A stretch of DNA of 64,000 nucleotides from an uncultured Chromatiaceae bacterium (GTDB lineage Bacteria > Pseudomonadota > Gammaproteobacteria > Tenderiales > Tenderiaceae). Positions 46,855 through 56,383 of this stretch are shown in pieces (the first letter of the stretch is position 1; every line of letters starts with the position of its first letter). Location of the stretch: the NCBI GenBank assembly GCA_947259785.1, contig CAMYNQ010000001.1, forward strand, positions 9,088 to 73,087, read 5' to 3'. Made by a program: the position numbers and the translations under genes. Under the pieces are notes generated by a model that saw nothing but the letters and a program-made list of their open reading frames with translations, was not told where the DNA came from and ran no database searches.

Positions 46855-48075
46855 TTACTTACCGGTCTCTGCTTGATCAAGCAGACGAGTGAATTCATCT
46901 GTTAATACGGCCACCCGCTGATCCCATGAGTTGGCTCGGGCATAGGCAATTATTGCGTCGCGGTCCCACTCCTGCATCAGCGCCTCGGCCAGCGCCTGCT
47001 CAAGCCTCTCTCCATCACCAAAGGGCACGACCGTCCCCAAACAATTATCCGACACCACCTCTGCGTTGCCGCCAACATCGGTAGTCACCACCGGCAGGCC
47101 ACAGGCCATGGCCTCGAGAAAGACATTGGCCCACCCCTCGTTACGGGTGGCGAGCACGAACACATCTGCAGCCGACAGTGGAATTTTCAACTCTTGGGGC
47201 GGCAAGCCCCCGAGGAAGATCACATTCTCTTGCAACCCCAACTCTGCCACCTGCTGCTGCAGCTGCAAAGTCCAATCCCCTTCCGGGCTGGCGCCACCGA
47301 TGATGAGATAACGCAAACCGGGAAAACGTTTACAGAGCGACGGCAGACGTTCAATCACCCGGTGAAAGCCCTTGCGTTCCACCAGTGCCCCCACCGATAT
47401 CAACACAGGCGCCTGTTGATCGATCCCCAGCTGCGCGCGCGCCTCATGCTTGGCGACAGGTGCGAATTTTTCCGTATCAACGCCGTTGCCGACCACCCTG
47501 ATTTTGTCAGCGTCAATGCCCAGGCCGATGGCATGCCGACGCAGTGATTCCGAAACAGAGAAAATTCTTGTGGCACTGCGCATGGCCTCAATCATGCGTT
47601 GACGCCGACCAGACAGCCTGGCGTGAGGTACCTCGGTGCCGCGAAGGGTAATGGTCACTGGCAGCTTCAGCCATTTCCCCAGCAGGGTCGCCGCGTAACC
47701 ATCAGGATAGGCAAAGTGTGAATCTATCAAATTGAACTGAAAACGCCGCCGCAACCGCCACATGGCAGTCAGGCTGCCCAGCGCCATAAAGAAACCATCC
47801 AGCGATTTGAACAATCCCGGCACGGAAAAAAAACGCGGGTGATAGATATCAAAGCCATCCTGCACTTCAAAGCGAGGGGCAGCGGGACGAAAGTGCGGCC
47901 GCCATCGCCTGATAATGCCCTGAAACGGGAACCAGGGCACCGGCGCCACCACGACCAAAGGCAAGACCTTTCCCACCCGGAACATGCGCTCTCGGATAAA
48001 CAATCCAGCCTTGGGCTGGCCTGGGTGAGGAAATAGAGTAGTAAATACAGCCAATCTTGGTCGCTCTTTATCCAC
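46855..48075 (-). CDS. GT4-family glycosyltransferase
   Basis: RLAVFTTLFPHPGQP at the N-terminus and VLATRNEGWANVFLEAMACGLPVVTTDVGGNAEVV (E-x7-E). Confidence 0.8.
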   Translation of the reverse strand: MDKERPRLAVFTTLFPHPGQPKAGLFIRERMFRVGKVLPLVVVAPVPWFPFQGIIRRWRPHFRPAAPRFEVQDGFDIYHPRFFSVPGLFKSLDGFFMALGSLTAMWRLRRRFQFNLIDSHFAYPDGYAATLLGKWLKLPVTITLRGTEVPHARLSGRRQRMIEAMRSATRIFSVSESLRRHAIGLGIDADKIRVVGNGVDTEKFAPVAKHEARAQLGIDQQAPVLISVGALVERKGFHRVIERLPSLCKRFPGLRYLIIGGASPEGDWTLQLQQQVAELGLQENVIFLGGLPPQELKIPLSAADVFVLATRNEGWANVFLEAMACGLPVVTTDVGGNAEVVSDNCLGTVVPFGDGERLEQALAEALMQEWDRDAIIAYARANSWDQRVAVLTDEFTRLLDQAETGK

Positions 48076-48165
48076 TATGTGCTACCGCTTCCAACAATCT
48101 ATAGATAAAGCGCAGGCTAAATAGGCCGGAGCCGCCTACATCTATTATATTCCTATGTCTTCCAC

Positions 48166-49764
48166 TCAAAACACACATTTCCCTGGAACCAGATAAACAT
48201 GCATTGGTGAAGGCCACATCAACTTCTCTGTTGCGGCCAAAGCCTTTCTCCCCCACGTCTCAGGCAGCAACACTACCGCTGTCTTCCGCAACACCCCTAG
48301 CACAACCTGTCCAATGCCAAACCCTTGGGGTTCCCGCACTCCCTCATACTGCCAGCATGAAGGCACAGTCTCTGGCGAAAAATGCGCCTTTCTCCCTCCC
48401 CAGGTAATGGTCTCACTATCCAACAACACATAAGCGGCTTCATCCCTTTTCTCACGCGACATATCGACAAATTTACTGATCGGCTGAATAGTAGGCGCGA
48501 CTGGCTGCCCCATAAGCATAGGCATGAATAATGACATATTGCTTGCGTTCTGGGAGCCGTAAGCAGGAACCCCAGGGTGCTCCTGCACAAACGCAACAGC
48601 CGCCTTGCTATTGGCAGTAAAGACACGAATGGTCTGTTGTTCCAGGGCCGCAAGCACCAGCGAACCAATCACCATAACCACCAACGCCAGTTGTAACCAC
48701 ATCCTGCTAAGTCGGGCCAAACCATACCCTGCCAGCAAGGCAAGTGGCGCTACGAAGATCAACATATAGTTGACCTGTTTAGTAATAAATTTTATGGGAG
48801 ATGTAGGAATAAAAAAGAACGAAAAAAGCAACAGCAGCCCTGCCCCCCAAATCATTACATATACCGTTTCCTGGCTCAAGAAGCCTTGGCGCCTGCCATG
48901 AATAACCCAGCCTACGACACCAGCAAGCGCAAGATACCCCAGCAACCAAGTATGTCGAGGATCCAGAAATAGGTAGTAGAAATAATAAGACAGCTCGCGT
49001 CTCTTCAAGTCAACCTCTCGTACCTGGGAAACGCTATTTGCAGCCACATGAAATATATGGAAAGGGTCACCGTGGACGACAAGCATCAGAAGGCTGTTTA
49101 ATGTGACCATAGCTAACGCTCCACCTATAACCCACAGCCACTTAGAATTCCAGTGACGATAGATAATTGCATAGAGCGCAAAAACAACACTGAAGATCGT
49201 TACAGACTCCTTCACCCAGTACACACTGCCCACGGCAATGCCCGTCGCCAGATACCAGCTAACGCCCTGACTTTTCTCTGCCTTCCAGAACAACAGAAAA
49301 CTCAGGCTTATGAAAAACGCCAAAGGTGCATCGGCCATCATCCGCCCAGCAAAGTGAACATGCAGCGGCAACAGGGCTAGCACCAGGCAAGCCAAAACAG
49401 CCTCACGCCCCCCCCACAGGTTTCTAGCAAGGACAAAAACAACTATGACCTCGCCAAGGGAACACAATAATGACCACAAGTTTGCACTGAACTCATTTAC
49501 CCCGAACAGGGCCATCATGGCTGCAACCGGCAGATTGATCCCGTAACGCAAAGCACCTATATAACCGGATGTCGCCCATTCCCCATTCAAGATCGCCAAA
49601 GCCTGCTGGGTATAAACCACCTCATCTGAACCTAATGCCCCGGTATAAAAGACCAAACGAACCAGGCATGTTGCGACAAGAAGCAACAACAAGGCGACCC
49701 AATCAGAGTACGACCAACTGCTATCCGCCCCTGCGCCTCCTACAGAAGAGTAGTCACGCAGCAT
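48166..49764 (-). CDS. GT-C fold membrane glycosyltransferase (ArnT/PMT_2-like)
   Basis: About 12 TM helices, a first-loop acidic motif YTGALGSDEVVYTQQALAILNGEW (the DE of GT-C enzymes) and a soluble C-terminal domain. Confidence 0.65.
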   Translation of the reverse strand: MLRDYSSVGGAGADSSWSYSDWVALLLLLVATCLVRLVFYTGALGSDEVVYTQQALAILNGEWATSGYIGALRYGINLPVAAMMALFGVNEFSANLWSLLCSLGEVIVVFVLARNLWGGREAVLACLVLALLPLHVHFAGRMMADAPLAFFISLSFLLFWKAEKSQGVSWYLATGIAVGSVYWVKESVTIFSVVFALYAIIYRHWNSKWLWVIGGALAMVTLNSLLMLVVHGDPFHIFHVAANSVSQVREVDLKRRELSYYFYYLFLDPRHTWLLGYLALAGVVGWVIHGRRQGFLSQETVYVMIWGAGLLLLFSFFFIPTSPIKFITKQVNYMLIFVAPLALLAGYGLARLSRMWLQLALVVMVIGSLVLAALEQQTIRVFTANSKAAVAFVQEHPGVPAYGSQNASNMSLFMPMLMGQPVAPTIQPISKFVDMSREKRDEAAYVLLDSETITWGGRKAHFSPETVPSCWQYEGVREPQGFGIGQVVLGVLRKTAVVLLPETWGRKALAATEKLMWPSPMHVYLVPGKCVF

Positions 49765-50921
49765 TACAAATCGCCCTGCCGATCTACAGAGAAAAATTCA
49801 AAAATTGCATCAACCACACTGCATATCTCCGCTTCACTAAGCTCATAATAGAAAGGCAGTCGTAACACGCGCTCGCTGAGACTCTCAGTCACTGGCAACA
49901 TGCCTGATTGATAACCCATGCCTTGTCCAACTGGCGAGGTATGCAAAGGCACATAATGGAACACGGCCAGGATCCCGTTTCTCTTCAGATGATCAATCAA
50001 GGCCATGCGGGTGTCATTATCCCCAAGCAGGATATAAAACATGTGATAATTTGACTCACATCCATCAGGAATAGTGGGCAACTCAATCAGGCCACGGTCT
50101 GCCAACGGCTGAAGCGCCCCATAGTATTGGTTGTAGATACCCTGTCGTCTCGCTGTGATCTCATCCATATTCTCCAGTTGAGCATAGAGAAATGCCGCGA
50201 GGATATCAGATGGCACATAGGATGAGCCTTTATCGACCCAGGTATATTTATCGACCTGACCACGAAAAAACTGGCTTCGATTGGTCCCCTTCTCCCGAAT
50301 AATTTCAGACCGCAAGGCAAACGGATCATTGTTAGTCAGAAGCGCCCCACCCTCACCACAGATGAAGTTTTTGGTCTCATGAAAACTATATGTGCCGATG
50401 TCCCCAATCGTTCCCAGGTACTTATCTTTATATTTTGCATTCACGCCCTGTGCCGCATCCTCCACCACAACCACAGAATGCTTATTAGCGATTTCATTTA
50501 TGACATCCATCTCGCAGGCAACACCCGCATAGTGCACTGGCACGATCACCTTGGTACGCTCCGTAATCGCCTCTTCCAGCAGCTTTTCATCCATATTCAA
50601 GGTGTCTGGCCTGACATCGATGAACTTTAGTTTGGCGCCTCGGATATAAAAGGCATTCGCTGTTGAAACAAAGGTATAAGAAGGCAAGATCACCTCATCA
50701 CCCTCAGAGATGCCACATAACATAGCCGCCATCTCCAAGGCGGAGGTGCACGAGGTTGTCAGCAGAACCTTCTTTGAACAAAAGCGTTCCTCAAGCAGCT
50801 GCTGGCATTTTTTTGAAAACCTCCCATCACCACTTGTCTGACCACCGAGTACAGCCTGAGCTATATAATAGAGCTCCTTCCCTACCATAAAAGGCTTATT
50901 AAACGGTATACGATGCTTCAC
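49764..50921 (-). CDS. wecE: dTDP-4-amino-4,6-dideoxy-hexose (TDP-4-oxo-6-deoxy-D-glucose) transaminase, DegT/WecE family
   Basis: IPFNKPFMVGKELYYI...GDGRFSKKCQQLLEERF..KKVLLTTSCTSALEMAA......GDEVILPSYTFVSTANAF..RGAKLKFIDVRPDTLNMDE is colinear with E. coli WecE as I recall it. Confidence 0.85.
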   Translation of the reverse strand: MKHRIPFNKPFMVGKELYYIAQAVLGGQTSGDGRFSKKCQQLLEERFCSKKVLLTTSCTSALEMAAMLCGISEGDEVILPSYTFVSTANAFYIRGAKLKFIDVRPDTLNMDEKLLEEAITERTKVIVPVHYAGVACEMDVINEIANKHSVVVVEDAAQGVNAKYKDKYLGTIGDIGTYSFHETKNFICGEGGALLTNNDPFALRSEIIREKGTNRSQFFRGQVDKYTWVDKGSSYVPSDILAAFLYAQLENMDEITARRQGIYNQYYGALQPLADRGLIELPTIPDGCESNYHMFYILLGDNDTRMALIDHLKRNGILAVFHYVPLHTSPVGQGMGYQSGMLPVTESLSERVLRLPFYYELSEAEICSVVDAIFEFFSVDRQGDL

Positions 50922-51952
50922 AAACCACTCCCATAAGAATCCACTTTATTACGTTGCAATGCAACAACCACAGCGCCAATTAAATTGTTTAATAAAATAC
51001 CCGCCAATGCGAAAAAACTAACCAGCAGCGCAGTTTCTGCAGGAACTCCGAATAATCCATAGAAAAAGATATACGCCACCTCTCGCACACCTAATCCACC
51101 AAACGATACCGGTAACAAAAAAACAAAAAATAATATTGGCGTAACAAACAGATTAACCATAAATGGGATATCATAACCTGCCGCCACAAAAAAAAGCTGA
51201 CTGCCGATAGCAGTAACAAGCTGTATAAGGAAGGAAAACAGAAGAATCATCGGCAAATGTCTAGGCATGGTCAACGGCGAAAGAAAATCCCGTATCGGCA
51301 CACTCGCCGTGGACGCACTATTGTTAATCCTGACCTTTTTTATAGCCATCGAAACTAGCTTGGCCAAACGCCGTTCAACTCGCTCCAACAGAGGCCTCAC
51401 TAGGCGATAGTGGCGCATTATCACAACCAACATCACAAAGGCGACCCCTAAACCAAGAACAATAACAGCCGCATCAAAGAGCTGCGTAAGCAGCTGTGAC
51501 TGACCGGAGAAAGACACGACCGGATAGAGCAAGACGATCAACAACATGCAGACAATCAATGCCATCAATTTCTCGGCAACGATAACTCCCATGTTCATAT
51601 TGTAACGACCAAAACGTCGCCCAACCGCCATAACTCGATACGCGTCCCAACCCAATCCACCTGGCACAAACATTCCCAACGCCAGGCCTATCCAATAGTG
51701 CCTACTGCTAAAATGCAGACCTACCCGACTTGAGATACATTTCCGCAGCATGTAGTTCCAACGAATCGCTCCAATAGAAACAACTATTGGACCGAGCAAT
51801 AACGCAACACAAACCAACAACACGTCTGTTTGAGCTAAATTAGCCCTAAACGCTTCCAGATCAATCTTCTGGAAAACAACATACAATATCGCTATCGGCA
51901 AACCCCAATAGAACAACCTGCGGATTGTTTTGCTAGAAGTCAGCATAAACAA
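50918..51952 (-). CDS. UPF0104 / lysyl-PG-synthase-TM-like 'flippase-like' membrane protein
   Basis: About 8 TM helices. The N-terminus LPIAILYVVFQKIDLEAFRANLAQTDVLLVCVALLLGPIVVSIGAIRWNYMLR is typical of the family. Confidence 0.6.
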   Translation of the reverse strand: MFMLTSSKTIRRLFYWGLPIAILYVVFQKIDLEAFRANLAQTDVLLVCVALLLGPIVVSIGAIRWNYMLRKCISSRVGLHFSSRHYWIGLALGMFVPGGLGWDAYRVMAVGRRFGRYNMNMGVIVAEKLMALIVCMLLIVLLYPVVSFSGQSQLLTQLFDAAVIVLGLGVAFVMLVVIMRHYRLVRPLLERVERRLAKLVSMAIKKVRINNSASTASVPIRDFLSPLTMPRHLPMILLFSFLIQLVTAIGSQLFFVAAGYDIPFMVNLFVTPILFFVFLLPVSFGGLGVREVAYIFFYGLFGVPAETALLVSFFALAGILLNNLIGAVVVALQRNKVDSYGSGL

Positions 51953-52075
51953 TGATCTTCAATTGATAACATAGAAACAGAATTTCCGGGTTAATAAAAA
52001 TAGACAGCATTTATCACGCTGCATGAGTTCACCCCATTAGAGCATGCAGGCTCGAAACCAATACAGTCGCACCAT

Positions 52076-53350
52076 CTAACGTTCGACCTCAATACTCTTC
52101 ATCTTTCCACTCTTAGCCGCCGGGAATGTCTGTACAAACTCAACCTTGAGCGGCGAAAAGTGCGTTCCAAACACCTGTTCAAGGTCCGACCGACACTGCT
52201 TGCGCTCCGCTTCACCATCTGCACGCAGTTGAATCCTGAAGACTATGTCTTTCGCCCTGGTCTGCACCACCCTATATTTGCGTATATAAAGAAAATTCTT
52301 GAAATAGTTGTAGAAAAAATGGAAGTTATATTTTTGCCCCCCATACTCAATAATGTCATCGCTTCGCCCACTGACCTCCCCCAGTAGTGGTAGCGCTCTA
52401 CCACAGTCACAATAAGAGTTCTCTGGAAGCTGAATCTCGTCACCGGTATCAAAACGGATAAATGGCATGACCCAGTTCTCGAGATTGGTCACCGCTATAG
52501 AGGCCACCTTTTTGCCGTTAGGAGCCTTACGCTCATCGCGATAGTTCACCATCATAGTCTCCATATCGACATGTAGCTGGTCGGGATGTGACGGACAACC
52601 CCAGGCAATATTGCCTATCTCCATGCAACCGTATTGATTTAGCGTTTCACAAGCAAATGTTTGGCGAAACAACTTACGATGCTCATCCGTGAGCACCTCG
52701 CTGGCAGAGAGGATGAACTTTGGCCGTATTTTAATATTGCGAGCATTCAACTCCTCTGCCAATATTTCCAGCGATGAACGGGTCGCTATCAACACATCAC
52801 AATCACTCTCCTGTATCTTGCGCACCTTTTCATCAGGCTCATCCATGATGGACACAAGCTTGCGCCGAAACATACCGAGCCTCTGCAGGACAGATGCCTT
52901 AGGCTCAACATCCTGACGCCAAAGCTGAACGGTCATATCAAAGGGGGAATAGCCCCACTCCCTTAGCATCCTCACCCCCTTCAGGGTTTGAATTAAGCTG
53001 TCGGTTGGGCTGGTCCAGATTTCAGTCGGCTCTCCGGTCGAGCCACTGGTTGTTTCTCTATGAACTTTGGCATTCAGGGACTGGGGAATCACTCTACTTT
53101 GCAGCGGAAAGCTTCTGACATACCCCTTGGTCAAAATTGGAACTTGCTCAATATCCGAAAACTCTTTAATTGAAGAGGGGCAAAAGCCGTTTGACTCGTA
53201 CAGTTCACGATACATCGGCACATGTGCATAAGCATGACTTATCAATTCTTTAAAACGTTTAAACTGAAAGGCCTCCATTTCATGGATGCTTTTACTCTTA
53301 AACGTCTTCATCCGATAATAGGCCTGAATAACGTTTCGATAATCAATCAT
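52076..53350 (-). CDS. Adenylate-forming enzyme of the PaaK/CapK family (copy 2)
   Basis: ETTSGSTGEPTEIW, FILSASEVLT, FDTGD and C-terminal SGKMKSIE. Confidence 0.7.
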   Translation of the reverse strand: MIDYRNVIQAYYRMKTFKSKSIHEMEAFQFKRFKELISHAYAHVPMYRELYESNGFCPSSIKEFSDIEQVPILTKGYVRSFPLQSRVIPQSLNAKVHRETTSGSTGEPTEIWTSPTDSLIQTLKGVRMLREWGYSPFDMTVQLWRQDVEPKASVLQRLGMFRRKLVSIMDEPDEKVRKIQESDCDVLIATRSSLEILAEELNARNIKIRPKFILSASEVLTDEHRKLFRQTFACETLNQYGCMEIGNIAWGCPSHPDQLHVDMETMMVNYRDERKAPNGKKVASIAVTNLENWVMPFIRFDTGDEIQLPENSYCDCGRALPLLGEVSGRSDDIIEYGGQKYNFHFFYNYFKNFLYIRKYRVVQTRAKDIVFRIQLRADGEAERKQCRSDLEQVFGTHFSPLKVEFVQTFPAAKSGKMKSIEVER

Positions 53351-53429
53351 ATACCCCCCTAATACTGACGTCTGTCAACTGACACCCAATGCGTAACGTG
53401 AAATACAACACTACGTTTTGTCTTTGCAT

Positions 53430-54668
53430 TTAAATACCGACAGTCACAACACCATTGAATGTTTTTACAACTATGGCAACCGTTTTTGATAAGGTGCCGA
53501 TAGCCTTGTCAACACCTTGTCTTGTCTCTCCCGAAAGCAGAAAAATAGCGGGGCGAGAGGTTTTGTCAGACATTTCCGATATCCTGCTTCCGATCTTCAA
53601 ATCCGAAACCATTGCTTGAACACCTGGTATATTTTTCGCTTCCTCCAGACCCCGTATCTCCATCACGGTACCCACAGGCAAATTACCAATAAAATAGTAA
53701 CCTGCAGCACGCTGTTGCAAAGCAATAGACTCAGAAGGAGTTTCGCCCAGGGACAATCTCAACAGAATCGTTTCCACATCCAATCCACAGGCTAACGGCA
53801 CAACATCAGATGAAATGTATGCCCCACCACCACGCGCCGCGATTTCCAGCAACATTACTTCACCGGTCTGCTCACAGACTCGAAACTCCGAATGGGTCAA
53901 ACCAAAGCCGAGTCCCAAAGTTTCCACTAGCTTGCTATTTAGATTTCGCACCTTCTGCTGCAACTCAGAATCAAGGGTTGATGGAAAGAGCCCCGCCTTA
54001 GCAATAGAAAGATCTGGAATTTCAAACAGCTCTGTATCCCCTAATGGCAGGTTGTAAAATTTCGACCCAAGCACCAAGCCATCCATGGTGACTTCTCTGC
54101 CCTCAAAATACTCCTCAACAATGACCTCACCTTGCGCATCATACTGTTTAGCCAAACGAACTCTTTCTATCAGCTCCGCTTCATTCCTTACCTTTGCCAC
54201 ACCACGGCTACCTTGGCTTGAAACAGGCTTGACGATGAGTGGATAGCGCATGGACTTAGCAACCTCAACAGCCTCAGCAACTGTATTAACTTTTTGATAG
54301 CTCACGCTGACAAAGCCGCAGCCTGCCGCAGCCTGCCGCATCAGATATTTATTGGCGAAACGCTGGGCACATGCCAATCCATTACCCGGAAGATTCATTC
54401 TTTCGGCCACATAAGCAACTGTAGTGACCGGTAGGTCTGTTTGATTAGTCACAATGGCGTCTATTTGAAGCTCCTGCGCCTTCTCCAGTATCTTTTCACG
54501 ATCTGTCACATTGACACGAAGTGATATATCGGCCTCCTTAAACCCAGGATAGTCCCCATCGATACTTGCAACAATCGTGGTTAAACCCATGTTCTTGGCT
54601 TTCCGAATCAGGGGTACCTGAAACCTACTTGCACCAAGAATCATTACCTTCTTTTTATTCGATGACAT
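53430..54668 (-). CDS. ATP-grasp domain protein (carboxylate-amine ligase type)
   Basis: VMILGASRFQVPLIRKAKNMG, YPLIVKPVSSQGSRGVAKV, VIVEEYFEGREVTMDG and LLEIAARGGG. Confidence 0.7.
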   Translation of the reverse strand: MSSNKKKVMILGASRFQVPLIRKAKNMGLTTIVASIDGDYPGFKEADISLRVNVTDREKILEKAQELQIDAIVTNQTDLPVTTVAYVAERMNLPGNGLACAQRFANKYLMRQAAAGCGFVSVSYQKVNTVAEAVEVAKSMRYPLIVKPVSSQGSRGVAKVRNEAELIERVRLAKQYDAQGEVIVEEYFEGREVTMDGLVLGSKFYNLPLGDTELFEIPDLSIAKAGLFPSTLDSELQQKVRNLNSKLVETLGLGFGLTHSEFRVCEQTGEVMLLEIAARGGGAYISSDVVPLACGLDVETILLRLSLGETPSESIALQQRAAGYYFIGNLPVGTVMEIRGLEEAKNIPGVQAMVSDLKIGSRISEMSDKTSRPAIFLLSGETRQGVDKAIGTLSKTVAIVVKTFNGVVTVGI

Positions 54669-54673
54669 ACAGC

Positions 54674-55315
54674 TTACTTTTTAGGTGATATCGGGCGTGC
54701 AGGGACACCAACGTGGTACCCAGGTTGAGCAATATCACGAACAACGACAGCTCCAGCTCCTGTGCTGCTGTAGTCACATAAGGTAACGCGGCTACTAATC
54801 GTTGTTCCAACCCCAACAAAGCAACACTGCCCCACCTGCGCGAATCCTGCTACGTTCACTCCGGGACCGAAAAAACAATGTGCCCGAATAGTAGAATCAT
54901 GGGCAATCACACATCCGACATTAAGCAGCACGTTATCTTCAATGGACACATTTCTATCAAGGCTACAACCAGGCAGGATCACAACACCGTCACCGATCCG
55001 ACAACTCTGATCAACATAAGCCGAACCATGGATCATGCTAGCAAATGGGATTCTGCCTTTTAGGCGATCAAACATCTCCTTCCTAAAAGTGAAATGCTTA
55101 TAGCCGATTGCCAAGAGAATTTGGTCGAATATCCCTTCAGAATACCGCGCCTCAATCACATCAGTCCTGCCTAGTACTTCCCCTAGGCCAACGCGATCAC
55201 CCGTTTTTTGATAATCATCAAAAAAACCAGCCAGCGCGAATTCATTATCACTATTTACATAGTGTGCAATGTGTTGCCCAAGATCACCCGCCCCAACAAT
55301 AGCCAGCCGCTTCAC
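54674..55315 (-). CDS. NeuD/PglD-family sugar N-acyltransferase (left-handed beta-helix)
   Basis: N-terminal LAIVGAGDLGQHIAHY followed by hexapeptide repeats (IGDGVVILPGCSLDRNVSIEDNVLLNVGCVIAHDSTI...). Confidence 0.75.
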   Translation of the reverse strand: MKRLAIVGAGDLGQHIAHYVNSDNEFALAGFFDDYQKTGDRVGLGEVLGRTDVIEARYSEGIFDQILLAIGYKHFTFRKEMFDRLKGRIPFASMIHGSAYVDQSCRIGDGVVILPGCSLDRNVSIEDNVLLNVGCVIAHDSTIRAHCFFGPGVNVAGFAQVGQCCFVGVGTTISSRVTLCDYSSTGAGAVVVRDIAQPGYHVGVPARPISPKK

Positions 55316-56310
55316 CCATCACTCCCTGCAAATGTCTTGGCTGTGATTCCACTATCATTATTAAAGTCACTACCGATGAGTATTTCCCTCACCACATATC
55401 TCGGCGCCCCACGCACCTCCCTGAGCACTCGTACAAGATATTCACCGATAATACCAACTGACAACAGGATTGCCCCTGAAAAAAAGGCAACCAAAATAAT
55501 TACAGTAGTCCATCCAGGCACTGTGATCTCACCTATGAAGTAACGAGTCAGGACAATGGCGATAACCAGCAAACTAAGCAGACAGGTACCCACACCAACA
55601 ACGGTTACAGCACGCAAAGGCAACAGGCTCACGTTGGCGATATTATCCAATGCAAGACGTACCTGCTTTGCCAAGGTGTAATTAGAGGAACCAGCATAAC
55701 GTTCTGCATGTTCGACCTCAATGCTCATTGTTTTTCGTGTCACAGCAAAAATCAACGAGGAAATAGCTGGGTTCTGGGTGCCGTGAGCAAGGATCGCATC
55801 CACCACCGGCCGCCGCATTACTCGGAAACTCGAATAGTCCACATTGTGTGGCAAGCCTGACGCCTTCGTATTGAGGCGACGAATAATCTTGGAACCAAAG
55901 TTACGATAGCCACTATGAAGTTTTTTACGGTAAACGCCAAAAACACAGTCAATATCAGTATTTCCCTCCAATGCCGCCAGCAGCTTGAGAAGCTGATCAG
56001 GGCGATGCTGCAGGTCGTCATCCATTGTCACCACAACATCCCCCTTAGCATGGGACAATCCGCATAGGGTTGCCATAGCCTGGCCATAATTGCGCATCAG
56101 GCACAAGGCAGACACACGGGGATACTGTGGAACCAAGGATTCAAGCACTTCCCAACTATTATCAGGTGAAGCATCGTTCACCAAGATCACTTCGTAATCC
56201 TTATGGGTCTTATCCAATGTCTCTGACAACTTCGCCAGTAGTTCAGGCAAGCAGTCAGCAGAGTTGTACACCGCTATTACAATAGACAGCTCTACTTCAG
56301 AGGGCTTCAT
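55312..56310 (-). CDS. GT2 polyprenyl-phosphate glycosyltransferase (ArnC-like)
   Basis: LSIVIAVYNSADCLPELL, VILVNDASPDNS and VVTMDDDLQHRP, plus two C-terminal TM helices. The start is uncertain (ATG 56310, 56325 or 56343; the track ORF extends to 56406). Confidence 0.8.
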   Translation of the reverse strand: MKPSEVELSIVIAVYNSADCLPELLAKLSETLDKTHKDYEVILVNDASPDNSWEVLESLVPQYPRVSALCLMRNYGQAMATLCGLSHAKGDVVVTMDDDLQHRPDQLLKLLAALEGNTDIDCVFGVYRKKLHSGYRNFGSKIIRRLNTKASGLPHNVDYSSFRVMRRPVVDAILAHGTQNPAISSLIFAVTRKTMSIEVEHAERYAGSSNYTLAKQVRLALDNIANVSLLPLRAVTVVGVGTCLLSLLVIAIVLTRYFIGEITVPGWTTVIILVAFFSGAILLSVGIIGEYLVRVLREVRGAPRYVVREILIGSDFNNDSGITAKTFAGSDG

Positions 56311-56383
56311 ATGTCGTTTATCCATCTGCTCACACGATTGCATAATATTGAGTTCGCTATAGGCACGAGCAACAAGGGCAACT

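Noticed and set aside
45610-46905. 431-aa plus-strand ORF, with similar long antisense ORFs at 30336-31106, 60501-61520, 44266-45369 and 11521-11994
   Set aside because: Each lies entirely antisense to a minus-strand gene with clear family motifs. Their translations are low-complexity and Arg/Pro/Gly/His-rich, typical of shadow ORFs in GC-rich coding DNA. No start context or domain signature was seen.
39250-49415. Three C8/G8 homopolymer tracts inside coding regions (39250-39257 in the CRTAC1-like gene, 44008-44015 in the formyltransferase gene, 49408-49415 in the GT-C gene), considered as phase-variation switches
   Set aside because: A rough expectation for runs of 8 or more G or C in 64 kb at roughly 50% GC is already about 2-3, so there is no enrichment. 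All three encode Gly-rich loops in frame. Only population or long-read data showing length variation would revive the idea.
54315-54340. Direct duplication GCCTGCCGCA x2, preceded by a partial GCCGCA, inside the ATP-grasp gene
   Set aside because: There are only two copies of a 10-nt unit, the frame is intact (encodes ..RQAAAGCG..), and this is insufficient for slipped-strand switching.
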